DNA of 64,000 bases from Selaginella moellendorffii (GCF_000143415.4 NW_003314264.1:2861710-2925709); one strand, 5' to 3'; shown: positions 37,481 to 52,000, counted from the stretch's first letter. Notes: generated by a model from the sequence alone, not told the origin. A program made the numbers and translations.

Positions 37481-38479
37481 GTGATTAAATCCTTTATTTG
37501 CTAGTTGTAGTAACCCAAATCTTTCTCCGTTGGAACCTTTTCGTGGTGGGGATCCGACGGTGTTGCTTGCATGAGTGAGCTAGATTGCGACGAGCGGGAA
37601 ATTTGAGGCTCGATCCTCTAGAGTGAGCAATTACCACAGGTGGTTCCTTTTGCAAAGCCACTACCAGATCTATCAACTGATGGAAGTCCAGAAGGATGAA
37701 TTATGCGACTTTCATGGGTCCAAATGTTGTGATGCGTAAAAGCAATTTCTTCTTCCTCATTTGCCTCCTCAGAAGTATAGGAGGGTTGATGTTTGAATGA
37801 TGGTTTTAGCACAAGCTACAATAAAGAGAAAAGTAGCTTATCCATGTTGAAAGCCTATACTGATCTCCAATGTATAGAGTTTATATAGCTCAACATTACA
37901 CCCACAAACAAACTCACTTTCAAACCACTATTTTATCCATGTAATGTCTTGCTCGTAAAATCACACCACTTTATTGCATTTCATCCATAGTGCTTCTTTC
38001 TCCTCACTTGCTCCAGATGATTGTTATTATTTAAGACACTTTAGTTGTTATTTATGTCATCAATCCCAATATTTTAATACATATTCAACATTGTCATATC
38101 ATAAATTATAAAGTCATATAGGCTTTAACATAATGAATATATATGTTCTTAGATTATTTGTTGCAAAAACTTATCTTGAATCTCATCAAGTAACTTCTTG
38201 AATTAATAGATGGTCGTTGAGCCTAATTGAAACCCAATATATTAATAATCATTGCACATACTAGACAAAATGGCTTTTTAATATTGTTTGACTTGTATTA
38301 TTTATTGTATCATGTAATAATGTTTTATGTTTGTATCCATGCCTTTTCAAACACATCAGTCATGTCATGACTTGTATAAAAAATTGTGCTCTTATACATG
38401 ACTGTAAAAGAAATTAAATAGATTAACTTTACATCAATGTTATCTCATTGCATGTCATCATAAATCCATAAGAATGATT

Positions 38480-38654
38480 TGTGAGTGCTTGGAATATGGA
38501 AAGGGAATACAAAAAATGTGCATATCAATTAACCTAAAAACTTAGCTTATATATAAGAGCAAGTGGTCCGGATTGAAACTAATCTGACGGCTATCAAAAT
38601 CCCACTATGCTAATATTAGTATATGGCATCGTAACTGTACACTTGGCCCTCACA
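38480..38654 (-). repeat. 3' LTR of the gypsy element (TG...CA)
   Basis: Near-copy of 47517-47692; preceded on the minus strand by the polypurine tract GAGAGGAGGGAATGA (38655-38669). Confidence 0.92.
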
Positions 38655-41381
38655 TCATTCCCTCCTCTCGAAATAATGGAAGACCATCAGGGTTCTCTTG
38701 TAGATGGGCTAGAATCTGGAGGAACGTCAGGAAGAGGCATTAGTGGATTTGTAAATGGTATTATTTGCTCTTGATCCCTTTGTATGAAGTGTTTCAACTG
38801 CTGCACATGCACAATCTCTAGAGGATCAGCCTATTAGCCATTATGCCGAACCTCATAAACTTGTAATTCAACTTGCCGTAACACCCGATACAGTCCTTTC
38901 TATTGAGCAAGGAGCCCTTTAGATAAACCACGTACTGTAAGATGGGGAAAATAGACTAATACTAAATCATCCACTTTGTACTTCGCAAGTGGACGATGAT
39001 AAGAATTGTAACGCTGTTGTTGTCCAACTTGTATGCGACCTAAGTATTCAGCAGACTCTACTCAGACAAGTGGAAGAACGTTTGTCAAATATTGATCCCA
39101 CGACCTAGCATTGGCAACTCATGGCAATCGCGAAGATAAACTTAACTCCGTTGGTAATATTGGATCATGGCCATATAAAAGTTTATATGGTGAAGTATCA
39201 ATAGAACTCTACACCCTTGTGACATATGCATATCGAAAAGATAGCAAATAACCATCCCAATCCGAATGCTAAAAGTTCACATACTTCATGATCATTCCTT
39301 TGAACGTCCGAACGAGCCGTTCCACCAAACCGTCTGATTGTGGATGATAAGCACTCACAAAAGTGTGGCATATCCCCAACCAAGACGTCAAAACATGAAA
39401 TGCCTCAGCTATAAATGTGAGACCATTATCCGAAAGAATCCGTTCCGGACAAGAATGCTGGAACACCATTTGATTGAGGAGGAAGTATCCAACAGCAATT
39501 GCAGAGGCACTAGCAAGAGCACCAACTTCCACCCAACTAGTCAAATAGTCAAAAGCAATAATAATATACTCATTGTCGGCAGTTGATCATGGAAAAGGTC
39601 CCATAAAATCAAACGCCACAAACTCAAATGGACGAGAAACTACAATTGACTCCAACCGTCCTTCTGCAGCACGAGGGGGAGTATTACAAGTTTGGCACCA
39701 AACGCTGGTACGCACCTACTGGATAACATCACGTCGCATTTCTGGCCAATAGAAAGACCTGTGTAGCTTCTCGGTCACACGACAATGTCCTATATGCCCA
39801 CCTAGAACAAGAGAATCGTGGTAGGTATGGAGAAACCGTGCAATAAAAACAAAAGGCACCAGTAGCCATAAATGATCATTAGGATTTGTTCCCACAAAAT
39901 AAAGAAGGCCATTTTTAAGGCAATACTAAGAATGCAAATGCTAGAATAGCAAGTTATCAACAAGTGATGCAGGATTTTCAAACCCATTTCAAAACCTTTG
40001 TATCTGTGGCTCAAGTTTTTGAGCCTCGCAAACCTTATCAAGAGAAGGTAGATCCTGCTCTACACCTTGCAGACACTGAACGTCGAGTACAACAACCGCT
40101 AATGGCACAGAATCCTTATCTAAAAAATCCATAGACACCAAAACAATAGGCTCATTAGAAACATGAAAAGAGAGTGGAGAAGAAAGAGGAGCTTGAGAAA
40201 GGGTATCAGCATCAACCATAGAACTCCCAAGGCGTTGAATAACATCAAAATCATATATCTAAAGCTTCAAAACTATCGAGTAGTATGACCAACCAGGTTC
40301 TTTTGCTTTAATAATGAAGTAATAGCAGCATGATCACCTTCAAGTAATGTTCGAGAACCATGTAAATATGCATGAAGTTTCTCAAAACCCTAAACTACAG
40401 CTAAACACTCCTTCTCTGTCATGGAGTAGTTCATTTCTACTGGTTGTAACATACGGCTTATATATGCAATAGGATGATGCTGACCAGGCACATTCGGGCT
40501 TTCTTGCATCAACACACCTCCAAAACCAATATCAGAAACATCCACATGCAAAATAAAAAGTCGAGTGTAGTTAGGATATGCCAAAATTGAAGGAGTCGTC
40601 AATAACTCTTTGCAATCCACAAATGCTCGCTCAAAATTCAAAGACCAGATGAAAGATGACGTTGATGACTTCAGCAACGCTCGCAATGGTGCAGTGTGAT
40701 AAAAAAGATGATCCACAAAATAACCAAGATACTACACCTTGCCCAGGAAGCGCTACATATCATTCATACACTCTGGAGTAAAGAACTTTAGAACAGCCAC
40801 AAGTTTGTCATGATCAATTTGCAAACTCTTACGAGAAATATGGTACCCAAGATAAAGTCGTATCCTTGGACCCAAACACACACTTCGACCACTTCAGCTT
40901 TAAACCAATGTCTCGTAGCCTATCCAACACTTTATAGACATCACGAATATGCTCCTCCTACATCCCCTCCGAGTGAATCAAGACATCATTAATGAAGTTA
41001 GTAGTCACCTCTGGCATATCGCAAAGAACCTCGTTCATCATCCATTGAAAAGTTGTTGAAGCATTGTTCAAACTAAACAACATCACCAAAAACTCGTACA
41101 AACTAAACGGTGTACAAAAAACAGTCTAAGGAATATCATCTTCGGCCATCAGTACTTACCAGTACCCAGAAGTAAGATCTAGCTTGGTAAACCAACAACT
41201 TAGCCCTAGACGATTCAAGAGATCAGCAGTGTGAGGCATAATTGCTAAAAAATGTGTGAAACTTAAAAAACGTAACATTTTAAACGCGTTCAGAAATGCC
41301 ATTCTAAACTCCCAACGCGTTTGCACTATTTGCGAAAAAAGACAAAGGTTTCTTTAGGGTTTCTTTAGGGTTCTTGTGGTC

Positions 41382-43411
41382 ATGACAGGATGTCGCAAAT
41401 GCTAGAGCTGGAAGCATGTGATACGAGCAGAGTGGCATTGGACATGTAAGTATTGTCATGAGATTCACACTCGGGGAGCGGACTGAGTGCGAGCACATCT
41501 CGCTAGAGTTTGGGCAAGAGGTGTGAAAACATGTAAGGCAATGAGGGAGATCCCTTATGAGGTTCTTAAAAAAGCTCGCAGCAGTTTTTCCAATTTTGAG
41601 CTAGCAGACCCAACAGATGCTGATGATGGGCAACTACTGCAGCAAGCTGCACAAGGTTCAGGGGGGCCAGCAGAGCAAGCATGGAGAACTGGTCCAGTGT
41701 TGGGACAAGCAGAGTAGCGAAACACAGATCCTCGGATGGAAATTTGGTGACATTTTTTTATACTGCTTTGGCTGAGGCACTGGATGATGCTGTTGTAGAG
41801 TTCTTCTTTGCCAAGAACATCTCCTTCAACACAATCCGAAGAGACAACTTGAAGAGAATGCTGAAAGTTGCCGCAAAAGTGGGGCGTCCAGCGATTGACA
41901 ACCTCATGGGATGTGAGAAGTTGCGGACAACTAAGCTACAGCGAATCTACAACAACGTTCAGAAGTGGCTTGAAGATGTGCGGCTAAGTTGGAGGATATA
42001 TGGTTGTACCATTGTCACGGATGGCTGGTCTGATATTAAGAAGCGGTCTTTTATCAACTTCATGGTCAATTCTGTGAGAGGCTCAATTTTCCTGAAGGCT
42101 GTGGACAGCAAGAACGCGAAGAAAACCAGAGCATGGTTGTTTAAGCAGCTGAAACAAGTGATTGTCAAGGTTGGTGCGGAAAACGTTGTGCAGGTGGTGA
42201 TGGACAATGCAAGCAACTACATGGTCATGGGGGAGCTTTTGCAACAGGAGTTTCCACAGATTGTACACATTCGCTGCATTTGCCACATTATGGACTTATT
42301 GTTCGAAGATATTGGAGCTCTGTCTTGGGTGCAGCCTTTCGTCGATGGCTGTGCGAAGATAGTTACCTTCATCACCTCAAAGCCATGGGTTCTAGCTCTT
42401 TATAGAACTTTCTGCAAATGGGACCTGATAAAGCCTATGACCACGTGGTTTGCTTATATTTTTCTCGTGATGTCTCAACTTCTGGAGACCACGAATCTTT
42501 CCGGGCTTCAAAGAATGGTGGAGTGACTTGACTAGTTTAAGAAGCCGGATGGCCTGGAGCTGCGATCTCGTGTTCTCGATGACTCGTTCTGGGAGTGGTG
42601 CGAGAATTTGTTAATTTTGCTCAGACCTTTACTTCGAGTTCTTCGGCTCGCTGATCAGGAGGGGGCGACTTCAGGCCTCATCTTTGAAGCTGTTGATCGG
42701 CTGATTGAGAAGATGGATGAAGGAGCTCAAAATGGAATTTATGCATATGAGGAAGTGGGACAAATAAAGGATTTCCTACTTGAATCACACGGTCTGAAGG
42801 AGGCAAGGTGGTATCAAATGCACAATGTCATTCATGGAGCTGCTTTTGCTTTTCATCCTCTATTTCTGGGGGATAACCCGGAGAACAACAAGCTGGACAA
42901 TGAGGCATGCAAGAACTGGCTGGAGTACATGCATGTTTATAGCTGAGGTGATCTGGACTTGCAGCTGAGATTGCAGGCACAATTTGAGAGGTTTCGGCAA
43001 CAGCTTAGACGGCAAATAAGGTTACCTGCTGCCAAGGATTAGGAGACCAGAAAGTTTCCAGTAACCTGGTGGAGTTCTTTTGGTTTAGAGATGCCTAATC
43101 TACGTCACATGGCTCTCCAGATTCTAAGCCAGGTTGTTTGTGCTTCTCCATGCGAGAGGAATTGGAGCTCATGGAGCTTGATACAAACAAAGTGCAGGTC
43201 CCACTTGCTTCCCAAAAATGTTGAGAAGCTGGTTTACATTCACACAAACTTGCGGCTTACTCAAAAGCTGGAGAGTGAAGGTTTGAGGATGCTAGAGATC
43301 GATATAGATAAGTTGGAGTTGGAGCCTCATTGGAAGAGGATTTTGGATTTGCAAGAAGCTTTTGAGGAACCAAATCAGGCTGCTGAGGAATTTAGCATCG
43401 ATGAAGGAATG
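41382..43411 (+). pseudogene. hAT transposase with premature stops (BED finger, DUF659, dimerisation domain); its last codons lie at 45376-45405 beyond the solo LTR
   Basis: WKH..CKYC..H..C BED finger, GCTIVTDGWSD, VVQVVMDNA, C..H, ASPCERNWS and EKLVYIHTNL. Confidence 0.9.
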
Positions 43412-45370
43412 TGTAAACGACTAAATTTTCCATTCTACTTTAGTCACTTAACCACACCTTCGACCACTTGGAGGAGTCTCATTTACAACCTCCATAAGTC
43501 CAATCCAAGACTTGGGACTTGCTAGCCCCAAGAATGGCATCCATGCCACTCAACATTTGCACTTGGTCCAAGTGCTCCACGTGTCCGATCCCATGACCGA
43601 CACTCAAAGGTACCACCGACATGGCAGCCCGTTACGCTAAGGCCACGCCCAATCACCTTTGCCACATTGGTAGTCCAATACCACTTGCATCACAGTCTTG
43701 GCTCTCCAAGACTAGGCAAACCATTCGTGAGTGGTCATCTTAGATCCACTCCTTAGCATCCTTAGGATGCCCACCGACAAGGGGAATAGCCTTCCCCAAT
43801 ATCCCTCTATCAGTCCCCACTAAGTCCCTTTCTGCCCCTGGCCGTGTTTGCCAACACTGCCACTGGATCGAGACCCACAGGCCCGACCACTAAGTCCCAC
43901 GGTCCTCTGGGACTTCCTCACCACACGACTGTATCCTTAGTCACTACACCAGAGGACTACTCCTCTGCCTTTCCACAGTCTAGGCCTTCGGGACAACATT
44001 TCGGAACACCGTGGCCTTACGCAAGCCTCATGGGTACTCTCCCTGCCTTTCGCCTTTAGGTGCTCTAGCCATGGGCTTAGAGCGAGGTTCCGTTGAGCCA
44101 TGACAAGTATCCAAGTAGGTAGTGCCACCCACACTTGGACTGGGAGCATCGGCCAGTCGATCTCCCGGGGGAACTAGAGCCGGCTCTTGAACACTTCACC
44201 AAGCTACCCCGCTTGTCGGTCCGTGTTCACTCTAGTCTTGGACTTCCCAGTGGGCAGCTCATCACCCAACACTAGGTCTAGCCTTCCTGGGCCAAACTGA
44301 CCTTTCCTGGCCAAACTAGCTCCACTGCAGTCCTCCCCCCTACTATACTTTTGGAGCTCACCAAACCCCCCAGGGTCTGGGAGACGAACGCTTTGGGCTT
44401 TCACCCTCTCAGACTCGAACTCGGACTCGACCTCGGACTCGGACTCGGACTCGGACTTGGACTCGGATTCGGACTCGGACTCGGCCTCGGCCCCGGTCTA
44501 GGTCTCGGTCCCGATCTCGGTCTCGGTCTCGGTCCCGGTCTCGGTCTTGGTCCCGGTCTCGACTTCGGACTCCATCTCGGGTCCATCTCGAACTCCATCT
44601 CGGACTCCATCTCGGGTCCACCTCGGACTCCATCTCAGACTCCATCTCGGGTCCACCTCGGACTCCATCTCAGACTCCATCTCGGGTCCATCTCGGGTCC
44701 CATCTCGGGTCCATCTCGGACTCCATCTCGGACTCCATCTCGGGTCCACCTCGGACTCCATCTCAGACTCCATCTCGGGTCCTTCTCGGACTCCATCTCG
44801 GACTCCATCTCGGGTCCATCTCGGGTCCCATCTCGGGTCCATCTCGGGTCCATCTCGGACTCCATCTCGGGTCCATCTCGGACTCCATCTCGGGTCCATC
44901 TCGGACTCCATCTCGGACTCCATCTCGGACTCCATCTCGGGTCCATCTCGGACTCCATCTCGAGTCCATCTCAGACTCCATCTCGGACTCCATCTCGGGT
45001 CCATCTCGGGTCCATCTTGGGTCCATCTCGGACTCCATCTCGGGTCCATCTCGGGGTCCTTCTCGGGTCCACCTCGGACTCCACCTCGGGGTCCTTCTCG
45101 GACTCCACTTCGAACTCCAACTCAGGTCCATCTCGGACACTTCCACGTGTCATGTGTTGGTCCTTTTGGGTCCCTTTTTTGGAGCCTCACTTATTGCTCT
45201 CTTTGTGCTTGTTCCTCGAGCACTTCGTTGGGAGTTCCACTCCCGCTCTCGACCTTTCAAGGCGGAGCTTTTAGTCCAAACGTGTTACGCTCGTTTGGCT
45301 TTCGCTTCGGCCACTACTACGTGGCACCCTTCCAGCACCACTTTGGGGCCTAGGGATTTTGTGTCTCACA
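43412..45370. mobile_element. Putative solo LTR (1959 bp) inserted in the hAT transposase 3' end
   Basis: TGT...ACA termini and 5-bp TSD GAATG (43407-43411 / 45371-45375). Removing it restores the reading IDEGMEDDLESEDD*. Confidence 0.85.
44410..45140. repeat. Minisatellite: hexamers (GGACTC/GGTCTC) grading into 11/12-bp units (GGACTCCATCTC, GGGTCCATCTC)
   Basis: Directly visible tandem array. Confidence 0.95.
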
Positions 45371-47516
45371 GAATGGAAGATGATTTGGAATCGGAAGACG
45401 ACTAAAACGGCTTCTTCTTTCATTTGTTTTAGTATATTATTCAGTTACATTTTATAAACTTAATATCAGATTAAAGTGTCTTTAGTAAATATTAGTGTTT
45501 TCTTAATCATTTTAGGCTTTAACATGTAAACGTTGGATTGTCCTGAAAAAAATGTTTTAAATGGCGTTTAAACGTCGACACATTGGAACGTTTGCATGTC
45601 TAGTTGCAACTATGGTGTGAGGAAGAGGGTACACATCCGAGATCGTCACTTTGTTTAATAGATGATAATCGATGTAGAAATGAATACTCCCATTAAGCTT
45701 CGTCATAAGATGAGGTTCACATGCCCAAAGACTCCATGACTTCCGAAGTAGAGTGGGATCCAAAATACTCCTTCATGAGCCGGTCAACCACTGCAACATA
45801 AAGATTGTTGGAGGAATTGGAAAATGGAGCAAAGCAAGATGGAAACATAGGAGGAAGGAGTGGGGGGACAAAAGTAATGGAAGTAAAGGTAGAAGTAAAG
45901 AGACAAAGAGGTACTAAAGTGAGAGGAATGGATGAAATTTAAAGTAGGATGAGACAAGGGGGAGAAGTTTCAAAGTCACACTTGGCATAATTGCACTGCA
46001 ACCAATCCATACCAAGGATGAGGTCAAAAGCTTGACTTAACACCACCCACAATGATGACAACCCAAGCTCGAGATCACCCACATGCGCCGCCTCATCTTG
46101 TGCACATGCATGTGTATGGCCATTGCCATAAAGAATAAAAACTGACTTGGCCGCACAACACAAGTGTAGAGGGCAACGTGTGGCAACAAGTTGAGCAATA
46201 GAAGATAAGCGCGAACCTATATCAACAAACACGGAGAAAATAATAGGAGACCTCTTGTTATAAAAATGAGCTTGTAAAGTAAACACTGAATGAATCGGTG
46301 CCAAGTGAACTCCTTAATGATACTCCCGAAAGAAATATGGAGGGGTCACTGACTTATTTGCACAAGTTCCCTCCATTACTTGTGTAACTCCTCATTTCCC
46401 AAATGCATCTCGATGTCCAGACCTTTTACTACAGCAGCACCAACAGGACGTTGTTGATGCTAAGGTCTCCACCTAGGAAATGGAGGTTACCAATCTGGAA
46501 TGTGCTAACAACGCCGATAAGTGTGATGAACTTCATCACATGCCCAACAGCGAACATCACGGCCACGGCCATGACCACATCCTCACCCTTGTCCTTGGAC
46601 TCGAGCAGCAGTAGCATCAACCCATTGGAACAAGACCAACACCCACAAGGAGTGGAGCGAAAGGACATGCAGTGAGAAGTGGAAGAGGCGACGTCTCATA
46701 ATGTTATGCCAGGCAAAGAGCGTTGTCAAGGGTGGCTGGAGCAAGTGCATGCACAAGTCTAACAAGATCTTGATGAAGTGCTGGCCACAACATTCCTAGC
46801 TTGATCCGCTCCGACATATTTGGCTCCACATGAAGCAAGAGGCTTAAAAAATGAATGCCAAATTGCATCACCGACTCAGATGGTCCTTGACGAAGACAAT
46901 GCAATTGCTGGAAGGCATCATCACAATTGTTGACATGTTCAAATGCATGCTTGAAGACGTCCGGGAGAACACTCTAATCCCCACAAGTGGCTGCATTCAA
47001 ACCATTGTACCACTACAATGCCGTCCCTTAGAGACACATGGGAAACTCATGCAAATGCCGAGCATCATCCCAAGAATGATATGTAGCAATCACTGTGAAG
47101 TGATCAAACCAATGGTACGCATCATCCTCAGGATTCCCATGAAAGAGCTCTGGCCAAACGCAAGGATTGGCACCAAGAGCAGGAGGAGCTGTACCACATG
47201 CCGTGAATGCCACCATCAATTAAGTTTGGTTGTTCAATTACAATTGTATAGCATCAAGCAATTGCATTAACTACTACTCTGCCATGAAGATGAATGAAAA
47301 GGAAAGAGCAAAAGAAGGGAAATGAGAAAGAACTAGAAAGAAAGGGAGATTTAGACAATGGAAAAGTTATATTTAAACCAGAATCCTAAGAGGGAAGAAC
47401 AAAAAAAAGGGAATGGAAAAAACTAGATCAAGACAATGCAAAAGTTAGATTTAAACCAAAATTCCAAATCCAAGCACTCCTCAGGAACAAGGAAAGGTAC
47501 CCCTCGTCTCCACTAA

Positions 47517-47692
47517 TGTGAGTGCTTGGAATATAGAAAAGGAATACAAAAAATATGCATATCAATTAGCCTAAAAACCCTAGTTTATATACAAGAGCGA
47601 GTGGTCCGAATTGAAATTAATTCAACGGTTATCAAAATCTTACTACGCTAATATTAGTATACGGCATCATAACCGTACAATTGGCCCTCATA
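47517..47692 (-). repeat. 5' LTR of the gypsy element
   Basis: Copy of 38480-38654. Followed on the minus strand by PBS-like TAGTGGAGACGAGGGG (47515-47500), resembling a tRNA-Ala complement. Confidence 0.9.
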
Positions 47693-49012
47693 GATTGAGT
47701 TTTATATTAGCAACTTGATCAATTGGTTATGGTTTTCTTTGATTCAATTAGAAAGAAATAATTGACTTGAAATAGCATAACTACTAAAATATGCTTAAAC
47801 TACATTGATTTGTTTGACAACCAAAAATATTGTTGTGAGTGCTCTAGATATGGGATAAAAATCACTTTCAAAAAATATGTCACATATATTGCAACATTGC
47901 CATGTGTACTGCCATGTTGTCAAAAATTTAAATTGCTTCTCCAAGTATTATGCATTGAGAATCACACCAAAGCAAAAAGTTCTAGGGTTTTTCTTTCAAG
48001 TGTTATATAGTGGTGTAGGGCAAAATAATAATGTTTTGTGCTATGGTGATGCTATGCAATGTAGCAATATAACAATTTTGAAATAATAATATTATACAAT
48101 ATATTAGTGTTATGGTGGTGTTCTGTGGTGTAGCAATGCAACAATAGTGTTATGTGGTGTAGAAATGCAACAGTGTTAAACAGTGAGTAATAATATTGTC
48201 TCAATAAAGTAGCACTAAGATATAGGGTTTTTTGGAGAGTACTATCTTTTAGCTATTAACACAATGTCCATGAGAGTACTCTAGAGTCCAAGGAATAAGG
48301 AAAATGGTGCATACTACTACATCATCAAATTAAACAATTTCATAGCTAAATCGAGCTTCCTTTTTAATTCATCCATATGTTTTAGAGCTAAGTCAAAAAT
48401 TAATTTCAAGAAAGGCTTAAGAAAAAGATACTTTTAGAGAAGAAAAAAAAATCATATTAGTAGCTGAAATTATGAAAACTAAAAAACAAGAAAAAGTGAA
48501 GTAATAAGATGCAAAAGAAACCCAAAAAATAAGAATCTATATTAGAAAAAACATTAAAAGTCATTTCCCTTTTTATTTAAATCCCAAAAAACTACTTTTC
48601 AAGCCATTTTCTTCGGTTGCTAATAATCTATCATAATTTTATACAAGTTTATGCCTTTGTGAATAAAAATTGCTAAATATGAATCTTAATTGATATTAAC
48701 AAAGTTAGATTTAAGTTCTCTTTATTTTCTTATAATCCACTAATATTTCCTACAAATTCATACCTTTGTGAATAAAAATTATTAGATGTCAATCTCAATT
48801 GATATCTCACCAATTTCAACAAAGTCAAACATGAATTTTCATTAATTATTTACAATCCATCATACTTCTTTGCCTTGAAACTAAAATATAAACTCATGAA
48901 TTCGAAAAGTACTCCTCAAACCCAAAGATGCTTAACTCTATATATCCTAAAACTTTTAATTGATTAAAAAAAGAGTGCACTGTTATTAATTTCCCTCTAT
49001 ATTTACCCTAAT

Positions 49013-52000
49013 AGATATTACATATGTGACCGTCACCATCATTTTGTTAATGGTGACAGTGATAAAATGATGGTGGCACTATACATATAACTATCATCCA
49101 TATAAAATTATGCTAGAATATTTTAAAATCAAGTTACCATTGATCAGTGTTGATTTGTCATTGATTAATGCCACATCATTCAGGTTCATGTGGGATGAAT
49201 AGGGCAATGGCTGTGGTTTTTATGTAGCTGATCAGTTGATTGTTATTTATAGAAGATCTAGAAGGTGTCTTAGAAAAAATCTTGAGGACAAAAGGCTTGA
49301 AGCTACTTTTCAGTTATATTATCACATATGTTTGGTAATGTTTGCAGTTGAACTTCTTTCAAGAGGGATCTCTTCATTGGTTTTATCATTGGGTAAACAA
49401 GGGTAAAATGCAAGATCTAACAAAGTGGAGAGAGTTCTTTAGAGTTTCTGAGAAGTAGTTTATGACAATTTGCAAACTTGTTATTCCATTAATGAAGACA
49501 ACACTACCTCCAAGTTTGAAAAACATTCCATCTAGATATGTTCCTATTGGTAATCAAGGTTCCATTGCTTAGCTTCAAGTGATTCTTTTGCTAATTTGGC
49601 AGAACATTTTTGTGTTTCTTCATCAACTGTCTGGAAGTATTGTCAAAAGTTCTCCAACACAACATTCCAGCATCTAGGACAATTTCTCGTGTGGCTAGTA
49701 GATCTGTCAATAGTAAAAACAGGTTTCGAGAATCTTCGTGGCTTTTCAAATTATTGTGGTGCAATTGACTGCATGCATTTAGAGGTTGAGCTTCCTAGAA
49801 ATGCTTTTGCAAATGATTATTACAACAAGGAGAAAGATGACTTAATTGTCATGCAAGAAATCATGGATAGTGAAGCAAAGTTCTTAGATATTCAAGTTCG
49901 AGATCTTAAGAGTTGCAATGACATAACTATTTTGAGGAAGAGCTCAATTAAGTGCAATTCTTAACAGACTAGCAGTCTCAAGAGGCTAATACCAAGTCTA
50001 TGAGTACATCATCGAAGACTCAGGATACTATGAGCTTCTAAGGTTGGTTATACCATTTCCAGGTGCAAATAGAATTGAATTGAGGGAAGCATTCAACTTT
50101 TACTTGTTGTCTTCAAAGATGGTATGTGAGAGAAGTTTTGGATTGCTTAAAGATCATTGGAGGATGTTTGTAGTTGAAGTTGAGACCATCACTTAGTTAA
50201 CAATTGCCATAAAATAGCTTGCATTCTACATAACTTCATTATTGGTATAAGTGACATAGGGGAAGTAGATATTGAACTTGAGCCAGTGATTAATTGATCA
50301 CAAGGCTAGTGACTGGAGTTTTTTATCGCTGCTATGGAGCTTAGAAAAATTCTCACTATTTATGTAGTAAATTTAAACAAATCCACTTAAAGGTCACGAA
50401 TTGTTTTATTTAGTATGTTCAGTTATTACTAGAGTGCCACAGTTTGAAAATGGAAAGCTACAAGTATCTCTAATGTATTGATTTGCATGCCTACTGATAT
50501 GTTGTACTTTGTTTGCTTCATGTCTAAAGAAGTTTGGGAATTGGATCCTACACTATAGTGATTAGAAATTTTCTTGTGGATGGATCCGAAAATGACAAGC
50601 AAGAGCAAATAAATGGTATGCAATCTTAAACAGATTGTAATTTTATTTTATTTTTTTTATTTGAAATAGGCCCAGCTGACAATTTGAGTGATGAGTTGAT
50701 TGAAGACCGGATGCTAGACTAGAAGGCTTTGAGTCCAAACAACAAGCTAATTGAACACAAATTGCCAATTCATAGTATCCTCAATCACCCGTTCCTGAAA
50801 TTAATTTATTTTCTGGTAAATCATCACATCTTTATCAGTTCATCATCTCTCTTGTTACTTCAGAGGTAGTGACATTATAAACTATACAAGTGAACTTCAT
50901 GAATAAGAACATGAATTGACTTACCAAAGAATCAACAATTGCAAACAAAGCTTGAACTACTTGATTCACACTCTTCACCATCTGGCTATCCACAGCTAGA
51001 GTATGCTTGATAAATTCTTCTTTTTTCAAATTATGATGATAAATTTCCCTCTAGCTTTCTTCCATTGTATCAATGAAGTTCACATTGTTGTCATGTAGTG
51101 CTTCTACAAGTTGTTTTATGAGTTGCATGCAAGACTTCTTCCTTTGCCGACCTGAACTATGCTTTTCAAGATTGTTGTTATTTCTTGTCATTGCCAGAAA
51201 TGATTATAAACAAAAACTACAAAATATACTTTTAAGCTCCAATTATCCAAATGGAGGTGATGGTGATTATTGTTGTGAAGCTCTTAGTGTTAGTAATGGT
51301 GATCATTGGAATGTAAGTGATGAAGACATTGATTCCTAAGTTTGTCCCTGTGAATTCACAATTTGATAGCCCTAAAGCCACTTGTCCATCATTGCATAGA
51401 GTTGATCATAGAACTTCAGTAGTAAATCAGCTTCATGACATTGCTCCATTGTCATGTTTTAGTAATTGCTTCTACTAGTAGGAACATGATGTTCATATGA
51501 CTTGATTTTGTTGAACTCTTTGTAGATATACTCCCATTGAGATTGGTATTGCCCAAGCAAACAGTTGGCACCATGTGTCAAATAGTAACTGCAAACTTAG
51601 TGAATATCTAGAAGTTTGAAAAATCTAAAACTTACTTGGATACTTGCTGGCAACAAACAATTGTAGTCTTGTGCCTCTTTTAAATGTTGCCTCACTGCTA
51701 TAAGAAGTTGTGCTTCTTCGCTTCATTCAAAACCAACAATTCATTCAAAGACCAATGCCCTTGATTTCCAGTTGGTTTCGGAGGCTTTAGTGGAGTGGGA
51801 GTAGTAAAATTCCCTTTACTGAATTGAGAATTATCATATAAAAACTCTTGTTAACATTGAGTGGAGAACATGATCTCTAAGTCGTTCAGCTATTACTCTC
51901 CCATTCTGCTCAACCCTAAAACCAAGAATTGACAAATCAGCAATAGTGGTGGGAGGAAATAACTACCATATCAGCATTTTAACTTGCTATTGCAAGTTTG

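Larger units (their letters stand above)
41237..45614 (+). mobile_element. hAT DNA transposon inserted in the gypsy RT
   Basis: 8-bp TSD GTGTGAGG (41229-41236 / 45615-45622); imperfect TIRs CATAATTGC / CATAGTTGC; encodes a hAT transposase. Confidence 0.93.
38480..47692 (-). mobile_element. Degenerate Ty3/gypsy LTR retrotransposon (no chromodomain seen), interrupted by a nested hAT
   Basis: ~175-bp LTRs at both ends and a GATT TSD. Minus strand carries gag (~47200-46600), protease (VFVDIG, DLILGMDWL), RT (DY..LNKVT..D.YPLP|..KLDLTSGYW), RNase H (NYSMTEKECLAVV) and integrase (SDNG, YHPQSDGLVER), with many stops. Confidence 0.93.

Noticed and set aside
44560-45140. CRISPR-like regular repeats
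   Set aside because: No unique spacers, no cas genes, and a eukaryotic context.
44351-45353. Long overlapping ORFs on both strands (up to 307 aa)
   Set aside because: They are a by-product of the stop-free minisatellite; there is no domain, and they lie inside a solo LTR.
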